This document shows, in pieces, positions 31,653-32,000 of a DNA stretch of 32,000 nucleotides. A program made the position numbers and the translations under genes. The DNA is taken from the NCBI RefSeq assembly GCF_000007185.1, contig NC_003551.1, positions 720,001 to 752,000 of the forward strand, read 5' to 3'. Numbering within the stretch: the stretch's first letter is position 1; each line of letters opens with the position of its first letter. This DNA comes from Methanopyrus kandleri AV19 (GTDB taxonomy: Archaea > JAADCQ01 > Methanopyri > Methanopyrales > Methanopyraceae). Below the pieces are notes generated by a model. It was not told the origin of the DNA. It did no database searches and saw only the letters and a program-made list of their open reading frames with translations.

Positions 31653-31907
31653 TCACTCGACGACCTCGATCTCGTAGTCTTCGACGACTGGATTTGCAAG
31701 AAGTCTCCGACACATCTCATCGACGAGCTCTACGGCCTCTTCTTCGTCGTTGATGTCGAGCTCGATCCTGTAGATCTTGGCCGTCCGAACGTCTTCCACC
31801 TCCTCGTATCCCAGTCGGTGTAACGCCCTCTTCACAGTCTCACCTTCGGGGTCCAATGCCTTCGGTTTCAAGCTCACGCGAACCTCGACGGTGACCAACT
31901 GTGTCAC
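31653..31907 (-). CDS. purS: Phosphoribosylformylglycinamidine synthase subunit PurS
   Basis: 84 aa: VEVRVSLKPKALDPEGETVKRALHRLGY...VRTAKIYRIEL..., the PurS pattern. Lies directly upstream of purQ. Confidence 0.85.
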   Translation of the reverse strand: MTQLVTVEVRVSLKPKALDPEGETVKRALHRLGYEEVEDVRTAKIYRIELDINDEEEAVELVDEMCRRLLANPVVEDYEIEVVE

Positions 31908-32000
31908 CCCGGTAGCATGGCCAGCTTCTCCTCATCACCTCGCAGGATTCTCTCGGCGGCTTCCCTGTAACCCGCCAGAACGTCTCCTTCGTCTTTTCTG
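31904..32000 (-). CDS. purC: C-terminal fragment of an upstream pur gene, probably SAICAR synthetase
   Basis: My translation of the minus strand gives ...RKDEGDVLAGYREAAERILRGDEEKLAMLPG, ending in a TGA that overlaps the purS GTG (GTGA). This resembles the PurC C-terminus (DKD..R...g....aY.ev..Rl). Only 32 codons are visible. Confidence 0.4.
   Translation of the reverse strand, partial: RKDEGDVLAGYREAAERILRGDEEKLAMLPG

Noticed and set aside
1-32000. Search for CRISPR arrays, IS elements/transposases, integrases, rRNA genes, toxin-antitoxin pairs and obvious defence genes
   Set aside because: I saw no regularly spaced direct repeats, no terminal inverted repeats flanking an ORF, and no recombinase, transposase or Cas-like motifs in any frame. 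The only RNA gene I can support is tRNA-Lys.

Overview
About 60% G+C archaeal chromosomal DNA, tightly packed with genes. All calls are by eye from the ORF track and remembered motifs; no searches were run. Acidic Glu/Arg/Val-rich proteins, methanogen cofactor genes (mptD-like, comB-like) and a tRNA gene with C at position 8 plus an encoded CCA point to a hyperthermophilic methanogen, most likely Methanopyrus kandleri or a close relative. I support about 40 CDS and one tRNA-Lys(UUU).

Recognisable genes:
- Translation: gltX (partial), argS, aRF1.
- Nucleotide metabolism: pyrH, purC (partial), purS, purQ.
- Isoprenoid lipids: uppS, and an operon of isopentenyl phosphate kinase, type-2 IDI, RNase J and GGPP synthase.
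- RNA modification: Sun/PUA m5C methylase, thiI.
- Amino-acid and cofactor genes: leuD/leuB-type pair, trpB.
- Sensors: CBS, FIST and V4R proteins.

I found no rRNA, CRISPR array, IS element, integrase or prophage genes.

Observations worth a second look:
1. A four-gene translationally coupled operon (27316-30972): MptD-like, HxGH nucleotidyltransferase of TmcAL/COG1323 type, B12-like radical SAM and an HExxH protein. No described pathway joins these.
2. A membrane protein, small protein and 609-aa coiled-coil/bactofilin-like beta-helix module (10801-14036), facing an Era-type KH/left-handed beta-helix fusion.
3. An RNA-metabolism-flavoured operon (4738-8198): PhoH-KH ATPase, small protein, DUF364-like, NYN, methylase. 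Its NYN gene is compositionally foreign.
4. Three sharply low-GC patches, two of which end inside genes (the coiled-coil gene and RNase J).
5. A Sun-family methylase whose conserved N-terminal domain has no canonical start codon and sits behind an in-frame TGA.
6. Ultra-short divergent spacers made of C-run/G-run palindromes that look like back-to-back Shine-Dalgarno sites.
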